A DNA stretch of 64,000 bases from Candidatus Cloacimonadota bacterium. GTDB taxonomy: Bacteria; Cloacimonadota; Cloacimonadia; JGIOTU-2. Of the stretch, positions 38,136 through 47,500 are shown in pieces; the stretch's first letter is position 1, and each line of letters begins with the position of its first letter. The notes under the pieces are model-generated. The model worked only from the letters and a program-made list of their open reading frames with translations, had not been told where the DNA came from and did not search any database. Position numbers and translations under genes: made by a program. Location of the stretch: contig JBNGBT010000004.1 in the NCBI GenBank assembly GCA_049903315.1, positions 128,001-192,000 on the forward strand, written 5' to 3'.

Positions 38136-41100
38136 ATGTTTAAAAAAGTTCGTGCTCGATATTGGAGCACTATAATGATAATTTTTCTTTTTGTTATATT
38201 ATCAACAACCTCAATAGCAGCACAAAATACAAAGCACATGTTGCATGCGGTAAAAGATACAATACTTGTTGCTTCAGAACCGAGCTATCCACCATTCTGC
38301 ATCGTGGATGAGGACGGGAACGCAGATGGTTTTTCTGTAGATCTCATAAAAGCTGCTGCAGAAGTGATGCATCTCAATATTAAGTTCAAGGTAGGTCCAT
38401 GGGCTGAGATCAAACAAGAGCTGGTAGAAGGAAAGATCGATGCCCTGCCATTGGTTGGACGTTCACCGGAGCGGGAAGCAGTCTATGATTTCACTTTTCC
38501 TTATCATATTATGAATGGGGCTGTATTCGTACGAAAAGGAACCAAAGGCATCGAAACATTGGGCGATCTGAAGCATAGAGATATCGCAGTCATGAAAGGA
38601 GATAATGCACACGAGTTTGTCGCGAGGGTGAAATTATCCGACAAGATACACACTACACTGACCTATGATGTTGCTTTCCAGGAACTTTCTGAAGGCAAGT
38701 ATGATGCGGTCATTGCCCAGCAGCTCATGGGATTGCAACTATTAAATGAACTAAATATTCAAAATGTACAAGCCCTTGATATTGAACTCACGGATTTCAA
38801 CCAGGATTTCAGCTTTGCAGTGCAAGAAGGTAATAAAGAACTTTTAGCAGTTTTGAATGAAGGATTATCAATAATAGTTGCGAACGGAACGTATGATGAA
38901 TTGCATAAAAAATGGTGGTCACCCATCACTATAAGCGGTCTATCAACCAAAGAAAAAATCACAATGCTTCTGCCCTATATTATCAGTATTATTTTTATCA
39001 TAGCCATTATTGCCATAGTAGTTTTGGAAATACGGGTAAAGAGGAGAACACGCAAGCTTCGGAAGGAAATTGCTGTACGCAAACAAACAGAAATAGCTTT
39101 AAAAGAAAGCGAAGAGAAGTATCGAAATATTTTCGAGAATGTGCTGGATATGTTCTTTGAGGTGCGCCTTGATGGTGAAATCATTGATGTGAGCCCTTCA
39201 ATTCAGGAGCTGTCTTACGGTCAATACAAAAGAGATGATCTTATCGGCAGATCAATGTATGATTTGTATGCGGATCCGGCTATGCGGGAGGTATTTCTAG
39301 AAGCTTTGCAAAAGCAGGGAAGTGTGGCTGATTATGAAATTATATTCAAAAATCGGGATGGCTCTGAAGTTCCCTGTTCTATCTCTGCACGCATCCAGTG
39401 TGATGCGCAGGGCACACCCACGAAGATAATCGGCAGTATGCGTAATATCACCGAACGAAAAAGGGCAGAAGAAGAGCTGAAGAAAATTGAATGGCTGCTC
39501 GAAAAAGAAAAAAAGGAATCCTCAAAAATAGCAAAGAATTATATTCCAGATTACGGAGATGTAACCAAACTCAATACGGAAAGGACAATTCTGGATAATG
39601 TGGGAGCAGACACATTAAAAACCCTGTGCTCTGACATCATGGATTTGCTGGACACCTCGATTGCGATTTATGAAAAAAATGGTGATTATGCCTATGGTCA
39701 GTTTGACTCAAGGTGGTGTCAGACAATGGATATAGCGTCTTTTCGGTTATGTAAAACGCAGGACAATAAAGAAGCTCTGAGTTGCGGTAAATGGTTATGT
39801 CATGAAAATTGCTGGAATGACTCGGCAAAAGAAGCGATCATTACACAAAAAACAACAGATATTGAATGTGTCGGGGGAATTCATCTATACGCAGTTCCAA
39901 TTTTCGCAGGTAGAGAGTTAGTTGGCGTTATCAATATGGGCTACGGTAATCCTCCAACCGAAGAAAAAAACTTAATAGAACTGGCCGAAAAATTTCACGT
40001 CGAATATGAAGTTTTGGACGAGAATGCAACAAACTACAGAGCCCGACCTCCTTTTATTATCGAAAATGCCAAAAAGCGTTTACAAACCGTAGCACAACTC
40101 ATTGGCAAAATTGTAGATAGTGCGGAAAAAGAAAAGCAAATTAAAGAAAGCGAAGATTTCCTTAATCGAACAGGAGAAATATCCAGAGTAGGCGGTTGGC
40201 AGCTTGCAGATAATTTTACACGGGTAGAATGGACAAAAACAACCGGAGATATTCATGAACTTTCTGAAGGGGTTTATCCTACTTTAGAAGATGCGATCAA
40301 CTATTACCATCCAGATGACCGCGATAAGGTTAATAAAAGCGTTTCTGATGCAATTGAAAAAGGCAAGCCTTTTGATTTTCAAACCAGATTGATAACCGCG
40401 AAAGGAAACTTACGCTGGGTAAGGGCAATAGGTTGTCCTGAAATGAAAAATGGAAAATGTGTCCGGCTTTCCGGAACATTCCAGGATATTACTGAACATA
40501 AACAGGCTGAAGAGAAACTAGAAGCAGCTAAGGAAAAAGCTGAAGAAAGCGAAGCCCGTTTGCGTGATGCCCAGAGAATTGCCAATATCGGCAACTGGTC
40601 CTTAGATCTGCAAACTGGAAGAGTCGAAATGTCTGACGAAATGTTAAACCTTAACGGACTGAAAGATAAGAACGAAGCTTTAGATGTAGCGAATCATGAG
40701 AAATTCTATACACCAGAAAGTTGGCTTCGGTTTGAAAAAGCTGTAGAGACATGCAGAAATACAGGTAAAAGTTATGAAATCATAATGGAATTTTCTGATA
40801 AAAATGCTGAATTCCGTTATGCGGTAGCGAGAGGTGAAGCGATTAATGATGAGAATAACAACATCATAGGGCTAAAAGGTACTCTTCAGGATATCACCCA
40901 GCGCAAACGGGCGGAAGAAGAATTAAAGATCAACCGTGAAAGGTTAAAAACTGCAAGCTCCATCCTTCGCCACGATATCACAAATGATTTGACTGTGATT
41001 AAAAGTGCGGTTGATATATATCGTGAAGAACGTGATGAATCCATGATCGATGAGATTGAGAAGCGCGTATGGAAAAGCATAGAAACCATACAAAATCAGC

Positions 41101-41555
41101 GGGATCAGGTACAGTTCCTGGATTCTCATGCCGATCTTGATGAATATGAGCTGAAAGAAGTAGTGCAAAAGGTTCTCAGTAACTATCCGGATTTGAAGAT
41201 CACTGTTACGGGTAACTGTGTTACCTATGCAGATAACGCAATATACTCAGTATTTGATAACATCGTCAACAATGCAGTCAAGCATGGGAAAACCTCTAAA
41301 TTGGATATTGAAATTATTCCAAACAAAGAACATTGTGAGATTAAATTTAAAGATTATGGTATCGGCATACCTGATGAAATAAAGGATAAGGTCTTTGATG
41401 AGGGCTTTCACTACGGAGAAACCGGTCATACAGGTATCGGGCTGTATATTGTTCAGACCACTGTCGAAGAATATGGCGGAGAAGTATTTGTAGAAGACAA
41501 CGAACCAAACGGTGCTATATTTATTATTCGTTTGAAGAAAGCGATTGAAGTTTAA
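38136..41555 (+). CDS. PBPb-TM-PAS-PocR-like-PAS-PAS histidine kinase with RHD-type H-box
   Basis: EPSYPPF...GFSVDL family-3 binding domain, TM, Cys-rich PocR-like domain (ECVGGIHLYAVPI), ILRHDITNDL. Confidence 0.92.
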   Translation: MFKKVRARYWSTIMIIFLFVILSTTSIAAQNTKHMLHAVKDTILVASEPSYPPFCIVDEDGNADGFSVDLIKAAAEVMHLNIKFKVGPWAEIKQELVEGKIDALPLVGRSPEREAVYDFTFPYHIMNGAVFVRKGTKGIETLGDLKHRDIAVMKGDNAHEFVARVKLSDKIHTTLTYDVAFQELSEGKYDAVIAQQLMGLQLLNELNIQNVQALDIELTDFNQDFSFAVQEGNKELLAVLNEGLSIIVANGTYDELHKKWWSPITISGLSTKEKITMLLPYIISIIFIIAIIAIVVLEIRVKRRTRKLRKEIAVRKQTEIALKESEEKYRNIFENVLDMFFEVRLDGEIIDVSPSIQELSYGQYKRDDLIGRSMYDLYADPAMREVFLEALQKQGSVADYEIIFKNRDGSEVPCSISARIQCDAQGTPTKIIGSMRNITERKRAEEELKKIEWLLEKEKKESSKIAKNYIPDYGDVTKLNTERTILDNVGADTLKTLCSDIMDLLDTSIAIYEKNGDYAYGQFDSRWCQTMDIASFRLCKTQDNKEALSCGKWLCHENCWNDSAKEAIITQKTTDIECVGGIHLYAVPIFAGRELVGVINMGYGNPPTEEKNLIELAEKFHVEYEVLDENATNYRARPPFIIENAKKRLQTVAQLIGKIVDSAEKEKQIKESEDFLNRTGEISRVGGWQLADNFTRVEWTKTTGDIHELSEGVYPTLEDAINYYHPDDRDKVNKSVSDAIEKGKPFDFQTRLITAKGNLRWVRAIGCPEMKNGKCVRLSGTFQDITEHKQAEEKLEAAKEKAEESEARLRDAQRIANIGNWSLDLQTGRVEMSDEMLNLNGLKDKNEALDVANHEKFYTPESWLRFEKAVETCRNTGKSYEIIMEFSDKNAEFRYAVARGEAINDENNNIIGLKGTLQDITQRKRAEEELKINRERLKTASSILRHDITNDLTVIKSAVDIYREERDESMIDEIEKRVWKSIETIQNQRDQVQFLDSHADLDEYELKEVVQKVLSNYPDLKITVTGNCVTYADNAIYSVFDNIVNNAVKHGKTSKLDIEIIPNKEHCEIKFKDYGIGIPDEIKDKVFDEGFHYGETGHTGIGLYIVQTTVEEYGGEVFVEDNEPNGAIFIIRLKKAIEV

Positions 41556-41575
41556 AAAATGAAAAAGTATGATGT

Positions 41576-41639
41576 GTCGTTCTTAACTCAACGCTATGCT
41601 GTTAAGTCAAGTCCGACAAGACTTAACTTAAGGATTGTG
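41576..41639 (+). repeat. Composite hairpin repeat, copy 4 (collapsed)
   Basis: Unit A intact; unit B reduced to ACTTAACTTAAGGATTGTG. Confidence 0.9.
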
Positions 41640-41641
41640 CG

Positions 41642-41690
41642 GCACGTGCAGTATTTATTATTCGTTTGAAGAAAGCGATTGAAGGTTAAA
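41642..41690 (+). pseudogene. Orphan 3' tail of an RHD-type kinase gene
   Basis: GCAGTATTTATTATTCGTTTGAAGAAAGCGATTGAAGG matches the last codons of 41713-43287 and 38136-41555. Confidence 0.85.
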
Positions 41691-41712
41691 AAACTATGGA
41701 GCATACATAGAT

Positions 41713-43287
41713 ATGAAAAAAGTTATAGTATTAATTCTAACTATATTTATTCTCTCTCAACTCATAGCCCTGGAACTCACGCAGGAAGAAACTGCCTGGC
41801 TAAAAGAACATCCGGTCATTCGTATTGCTCCTGATCCGGATACTCCTCCTATTGAATGGTTTGATAATAATGGTGAATATCGGGGAATTACTGCTGATTT
41901 TATGAATTTGATTTCCAAAGAACTGGATGTAACGTTTGAAATAGTGAAATGCAAAACCTGGGATGAGGTTCTTTCCAAAGCGCGAAATAGAGAAGTAGAT
42001 TTGATACCGGCAGCAGCTCAAACACCCAGTAGAGCAGAATATATGCTTTTCTCGGAACCTTATCTCACTCTTCCCGGGGTCATTATAACTAAGAATGAAA
42101 ATAAAGATTTAACGACTACTAAAAAACTTAACGGGAAAAGAGTTGGAGTAGTATCAGGTTATATCTGGCATGAAGGTTTAGTCAGAGATTATCCCGATAT
42201 AGAAATTGTTCCTGTAGACCACATCTTGCATGGATTACGTAAAGTGTCCACTGGAGAGATCGATGCATTTGTGGGAATTTTTCCCATTGCACTTTATTAT
42301 ATCGAAAAAGAAGGTATTCACAACTTAATTGTAGCCGGTGAAACCGAATATGAAACCAGGATATCGATCCATACACGTAAAGATTGGCCAGTCCTGAATG
42401 CAATTATAAATAAGAGTCTCAAGAGTATATCGGAAAATAAAAGGAAAGAGATCATAAATAAGTGGATATCACTAAAACCAATGTCGATATTTTCCTACAA
42501 AATTTTCTGGTTGATAGTTATATCTATAATAGGTGCAGGTTTCCTGATCGTAATTGTGATTGCTACCTGGAATGCATCGCTGAAGAAACAAGTGAAACGT
42601 AAAACCAAAGAGCTGGAAGATGATATTGTCATGCGCATGAAGACGGAAGAAGAATTAAAGCTCAGCCGGGAAAGGTTGAAAATAGCAAGTTCCATTTTGC
42701 GGCACGACATTATTAATGATTTGACTGTGATTAAAAGTGCGGTTGATATCTATCGTGAAGATGGGGATGAATCAATGATCGATGAGATAGAGAAACGAGT
42801 TGAGAAAAGCATTGAAACGATACATAAACAAAGGGAACAGGTAAAGTTTATAGATTCTCATTCTGATCTTGATGAATTTGATTTGAAAAAAGTTGTACAA
42901 AAAGTGCTCAGTAACTATCCAAATTTGCTTATCACTATTAAGGGCAATTGTGTTGCGTATGCAGATAATGCAATATATTCAGTATTCGATAACATAGTAA
43001 ATAATACGGTCAGGCACGGGAAAACTTATAAATTGGATATAGAAATTATTCCAAACAAAGAACATTGTGAGGTGAGATTTAAAGATCATGGTATAGGAGT
43101 TCCCGATGAAATAAAGGATAAGGTATTTGATGAGGGCTTCCATTACGGCGAAACCGGTCATACAGGTATCGGTTTGTACATAGTTCAGACCACTGTCGAA
43201 GAATATGGTGGAAAGGTATTTGTAGAAGATAATACACCGCACGGAGCAGTATTTATTGTTCGTTTGAAGAAAGCGATTGAAGGATAA
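41713..43287 (+). CDS. PBPb-TM histidine kinase with RHD-type H-box
   Basis: Signal peptide, LTQEETAWL...DPDTPPIE (BvgS-like binding domain), TM, ILRHDIINDL. Confidence 0.92.
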   Translation: MKKVIVLILTIFILSQLIALELTQEETAWLKEHPVIRIAPDPDTPPIEWFDNNGEYRGITADFMNLISKELDVTFEIVKCKTWDEVLSKARNREVDLIPAAAQTPSRAEYMLFSEPYLTLPGVIITKNENKDLTTTKKLNGKRVGVVSGYIWHEGLVRDYPDIEIVPVDHILHGLRKVSTGEIDAFVGIFPIALYYIEKEGIHNLIVAGETEYETRISIHTRKDWPVLNAIINKSLKSISENKRKEIINKWISLKPMSIFSYKIFWLIVISIIGAGFLIVIVIATWNASLKKQVKRKTKELEDDIVMRMKTEEELKLSRERLKIASSILRHDIINDLTVIKSAVDIYREDGDESMIDEIEKRVEKSIETIHKQREQVKFIDSHSDLDEFDLKKVVQKVLSNYPNLLITIKGNCVAYADNAIYSVFDNIVNNTVRHGKTYKLDIEIIPNKEHCEVRFKDHGIGVPDEIKDKVFDEGFHYGETGHTGIGLYIVQTTVEEYGGKVFVEDNTPHGAVFIVRLKKAIEG

Positions 43288-43290
43288 AAA

Positions 43291-43497
43291 ATGAGAAAGT
43301 ATTATGTAGAAAAAATTATGCAATCGAACGGTGAACACGAGGTTCATTCCGAAGAATGTAAGTCTCTACCAAATGAGGATAATAGAATCTATCTTGGAGA
43401 ATTTTATTGGTGCAGAACCGCAATTGAGGAAGCAAAGAAGCATTATTTTAAAGTAAATGGGTGTTATGCATGCTGTAATGAATGCCATAGAGATTAA
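43291..43497 (+). CDS. Small Cys/His-rich hypothetical protein (68 aa)
   Basis: YYV...NGEHEVH..C..LP...RIYLG.F..C..A..EAK......NGCYACCNECH; starts 3 nt after the kinase stop. Confidence 0.8.
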   Translation: MRKYYVEKIMQSNGEHEVHSEECKSLPNEDNRIYLGEFYWCRTAIEEAKKHYFKVNGCYACCNECHRD

Positions 43498-43537
43498 TTA
43501 TATAAATAATCTAATTCATTTATCCAAAAAAAATCTG

Positions 43538-43602
43538 AAAAACGAAACGAGATTTACCCTGAAAATATCAAAGGAGAGAATAAATCAATAAATTTCATTC
43601 AT
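43538..43602 (+). pseudogene. Orphan 3' tail and 3' UTR of a HisKA_2-type kinase gene
   Basis: AACGAGATTTACCCTGAAAATATCAAAGGAGAGAATAAATCAATAA aligns with about 28363-28408. Confidence 0.8.
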
Positions 43603-43806
43603 GTCGTTCTTACCTCAACGCTTCGCTGTTAAGTCAAGTCCGACAATACTTGAGTTAAGGGCACGAAGTGAACTTGACTTAAGGATTGTGGATGTTGTTG
43701 CAGTTATCGTTCTTAACTCAATTCCTCAGCAAGCTGAGTTATTAAGTCAAGTCCGATGAAAGGGATAGAAAATGCGAAGTGAACTTGACTTAAGGATTGT
43801 GGACGA
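43603..43806 (+). repeat. Composite hairpin repeat, copy 5 (units A, B, C and partial second B)
   Basis: Near-identical to copy 3, including the GATGAAAGGGATAGAAAATGCGAAGTG linker. Confidence 0.95.
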
Positions 43807-44008
43807 TTATTGTATCAGCATACCAGCTGAAATTAAGGATAAGATTTTTGTCGAAGGTTTCCACTACGGAGAAAATGGATATACAGGTATCGGGCTTTAT
43901 ATTGTTAAGACGACTGTTGAGGAATATAGCGGAGAAGTATTTGTAGAAGATAATACACTGAACGGTACAGTGTTTGTCAATCGGTTAAAGAAAACGATTA
44001 GGCGATAA
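43805..44008 (+). pseudogene. 5'-truncated, diverged HATPase C-terminal fragment of an RHD-type kinase
   Basis: DYCISIPAEIKDKIFVEGFHYGENGYTGIGLYIVKTTVEEYSGEVFVEDN, compared with DYGIGIPDEIKDKVFDEGFHYGETGHTGIGL; G1-box glycines are lost. Confidence 0.9.
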
Positions 44009-44505
44009 AAAAATGAAATTGAAAGCTAAGGTCATCCCATCTCCCTTACCTGCAGTTTTATATTGTTGCATGAGTGAGTGGTTAGCCCTTAATGAAAAAA
44101 TTGACAAAGTAAGAATTAAGAAAAGAATATTACTAACACAAGTAAATTTTAACCAGAAAAACTGTTTGTTACATGAGGTTGGATTAGGCGGAGGTATGGA
44201 TGTTAAAGTAGATTGTGAAGCTAGGATTGATAATATCATAATTATTACAGAACAATCAAATGATAGATTTATCTTAAACGGACGATGTGCGGAATTGTTT
44301 TCAAAGGATAGGGAGTCATTCTTTTTTACATCAATAAGAGCAGAAAGCTAATGAACAAGAATATTTCCACATCAAAAACCAGAAGAAAGTCTACAAAAAA
44401 ACAAATAACAAATAATTTGGATAAAGCGATGAGTTTATTCTATCTTGGTATGAAAATAAAACTGGAAAAAATTAAAATACAAGTAGATAAACCGGGAGGT
44501 TTGCT

Positions 44506-47500
44506 ATGAAATTTGTTAATAATCTCTCTATAAAAGGGAAAATTATATCAGTAGTATTACTTGTTGTCTTTCTTGAGATCCTCATATCAGTTGTCGGAAT
44601 TTACTATTTGAATCATTCCGAAAATCAATTAGATTATATCGTAGATATTAAATCGGAGAACATCAAACTTGCTGCTCGAATCCATCGAAACCTGGTTGAA
44701 ATAAATAGAGCTGAAAAAAATCTTCTCCTGTCTAATTCACTGGAAGAAATCGATCTCTATTTATCCAGGATTACAGAGGCAAAGAGTGAACTTGAGTCAA
44801 AATTAATACAGTTGAAATCCCAAATCGAAGAACAGAACATACAATACGTAGAGAACTTTGAAACAAGTTATGCAGAATTTATCAGAAAGAATGAGGAAGT
44901 ACAGGATATAATTTCTCATGAGCTGTTAAAAGCAGATATTACTCAGCTTCAATCTCCTGAAAAATTTATGAATTTCTCGGGCGATGCGGTTATCTCAGCT
45001 AAGAATTTGAGTAGGGAGTCGTATCATAATGCTGCTTCTGCAATGGAAAATCTGGTTGAAAAAATAGATGAAGAGCTTGGAGGGCAGCAGATAATAGCTT
45101 CCAAGAATGCCACCTCCGAACTGACCATTATTATAATAATTGCTTTGGCAAGTATTGTTATCGGGCTAGTGGCTGGATTATGGATAGCGCGATTAATATC
45201 ATCTAATTTGAACAAAGTGGTGCACCTGGCAAACGAAATAGCAGAAGGAAAGCTGGATACAAAGATTGAAATTGAAAGTAAGGATGAGACTGGCAAATTG
45301 GCAGAAGCTACCGAAAAAATGCAGATTTCGTTGCTTAAATCAAGAAATGAATCTGAAGCGGATGACTGGCTGAAAACAGGGATTGTGCGCATTAATGACG
45401 TCATAAAAGGTGAACTTGATTTACCGGATATGGCTAATAAAGTAATTACAGAAATTTCCTCCTATCTCGATGCTCAAATTGGTGCATTCTACCTTTATGA
45501 AAAAAATGACAAAGAAGAAGTCCTGACTTTACTCAGCAGTTATGCCTATCAGAAACGCAAAAACCTGTCGAATACATTCAAAATTGGTGAAGGATTAGTA
45601 GGTCAAGCAGCCTTGGAAAAAGCCCCAATATTGATAAAAAATGTTCCTGAAGATTATATCAAGGTTGTATCAGGCTTGGGTGAAAGAATTCCACAGTATA
45701 TTTGCGTGATTCCGTTTATATTCGAAGGCAAGGTGAAAGGCGTGATCGAAATCGGAACCTTGAATGACTTTACCGACCTGCAAATGGAGTATCTTAACCA
45801 GGCAATGGCTGCAATTGCTATTAATGTTGAAACTGCGAGGAATCGTGATGAACTTGCTAGAGCATTGCAAAAATCTCAAGCGCTTACAGAAGAATTGCAA
45901 AGCCAGCAGGAGGAATTGAGAACTGCCAATGAAGAGCTGGAAGAACAAACACAGCTCTTGCAGCAATCCGAAGAAAAATTAAAAGCCCAGCAAGAAGAAC
46001 TTGAAGTGACGAACGAAGAATTGGAAGAGAAAAACGAATCACTTCAAAGGCAGAAAAGGGATATTGAGAATGCGCGAAAGGAAATTGAAATAAAGGCGGA
46101 AGAACTCGCTATTGCAAGCAAATACAAATCCGAATTTCTTGCAAACATGTCACATGAGCTTCGCACTCCCTTGAATAGTCTATTAATACTCTCTCAAATA
46201 TTAGCTGAAAATAAAAATGGGAATTTGGATAAAAGCCAGGTAGAGTCTGCAAGCGTGATATATAAGAGTGGTAACGATCTTCTTTCTCTTATCAACGAGA
46301 TATTAGATCTTTCCAAGATCGAAGCCGGTAGAATGGATGTCCATGTTGAGCAAATAAATATTAAGGGACTCATAGAGAATATCAAAAACAATTTCCATCA
46401 TATGCTCGACGAAAAAGGGCTGTCCTTAACGACCGAAGTAGATTCCAAAGTGCCCGAATCAATATTAAGCGATAATCAGCGCCTGATGCAGATCATCAAG
46501 AACATTATGTCAAATGCGATCAAATTTACAATGAAGGGGGGCGTTACCGTTAAGGTGAATGTGCCGCCAAACAATGTAGATTTGTCGAGAAGCGGACTTA
46601 AGCCGGATAACTGTATAGCGATCTCGATACAGGACAGTGGAATTGGAATTTCTTCCGAAGAACAGAAGATTATATTCGAAGCTTTCCAGCAGGCAGAAGG
46701 TGGAACATCGAGAGAGTTCGGTGGAACAGGTCTGGGACTTTCAATTTCAAGGGAATTAGCCAATTTGCTTGGAGGAGAAATCCAATTAGTGAGCGAAAAA
46801 GGAAAAGGATCAACATTTACTCTTTATATTCCTGTGAGATTAGTAGAGACAAAAATAAAAATTGCCCCATTATTAAAGATACCTGAGGAACCAGCCATTG
46901 AAGTTATTACGGATAAGAAAACTCCAGCAACAGTCCAACATGAAATACCTGATGACCGTGAGTCTCTTGCAAAGGGAGAAAAAAGTATTCTCATAATCGA
47001 AGATGATCCCAATTTTGCGAAACTGGTCCTCGATCAATGCCATCAGAAGAATTTTAACGGAATCGTCGCGTTAACAGGAGAAGAAGGATTGGAGCTCGCA
47101 GTTCAGTACCTTCCGGCTGCAGTGATTTTGGATCTGCATCTGCCGGGAATTGACGGCTGGAGTGTGCTCGATAGTCTTAAAAATAATCCAGAAACAAGGC
47201 ACATACCGGTTCATATCATGTCTGTAGAGGACTCCACTCTGGAAGCATTCAGAAAGGGGGCAATCGGTTATTTAACAAAACCTGTCAAAAAAGAAGAACT
47301 CGATGGAGCATTCCAGAAACTCGAGGGGATGTTGAGTAAACGAATTAAGGATCTGCTCGTTGTAGAAGATGATCAAGCACTTCGGGACAGCATCATTAAA
47401 TTGATCGGAAACGGAGATGTCCACTGCAAAGCAACAGGTTCTGGCAAAGAGACGCTCAAAGAACTGAAAGCAAATAAATTTGATTGTATCATTCTTGATC

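Noticed and set aside
43772..44008. 78-aa ORF as a functional gene
   Set aside because: Its first ~11 codons come from the repeat and the rest is a degenerate HATPase tail; annotated as a pseudogene fragment.
44013..44351. 112-aa ORF upstream of the hybrid kinase
   Set aside because: No recognisable motif; it overlaps a likely promoter region (TTGACA 44101), and the GGAGG near 44190 is too close to the internal ATG.
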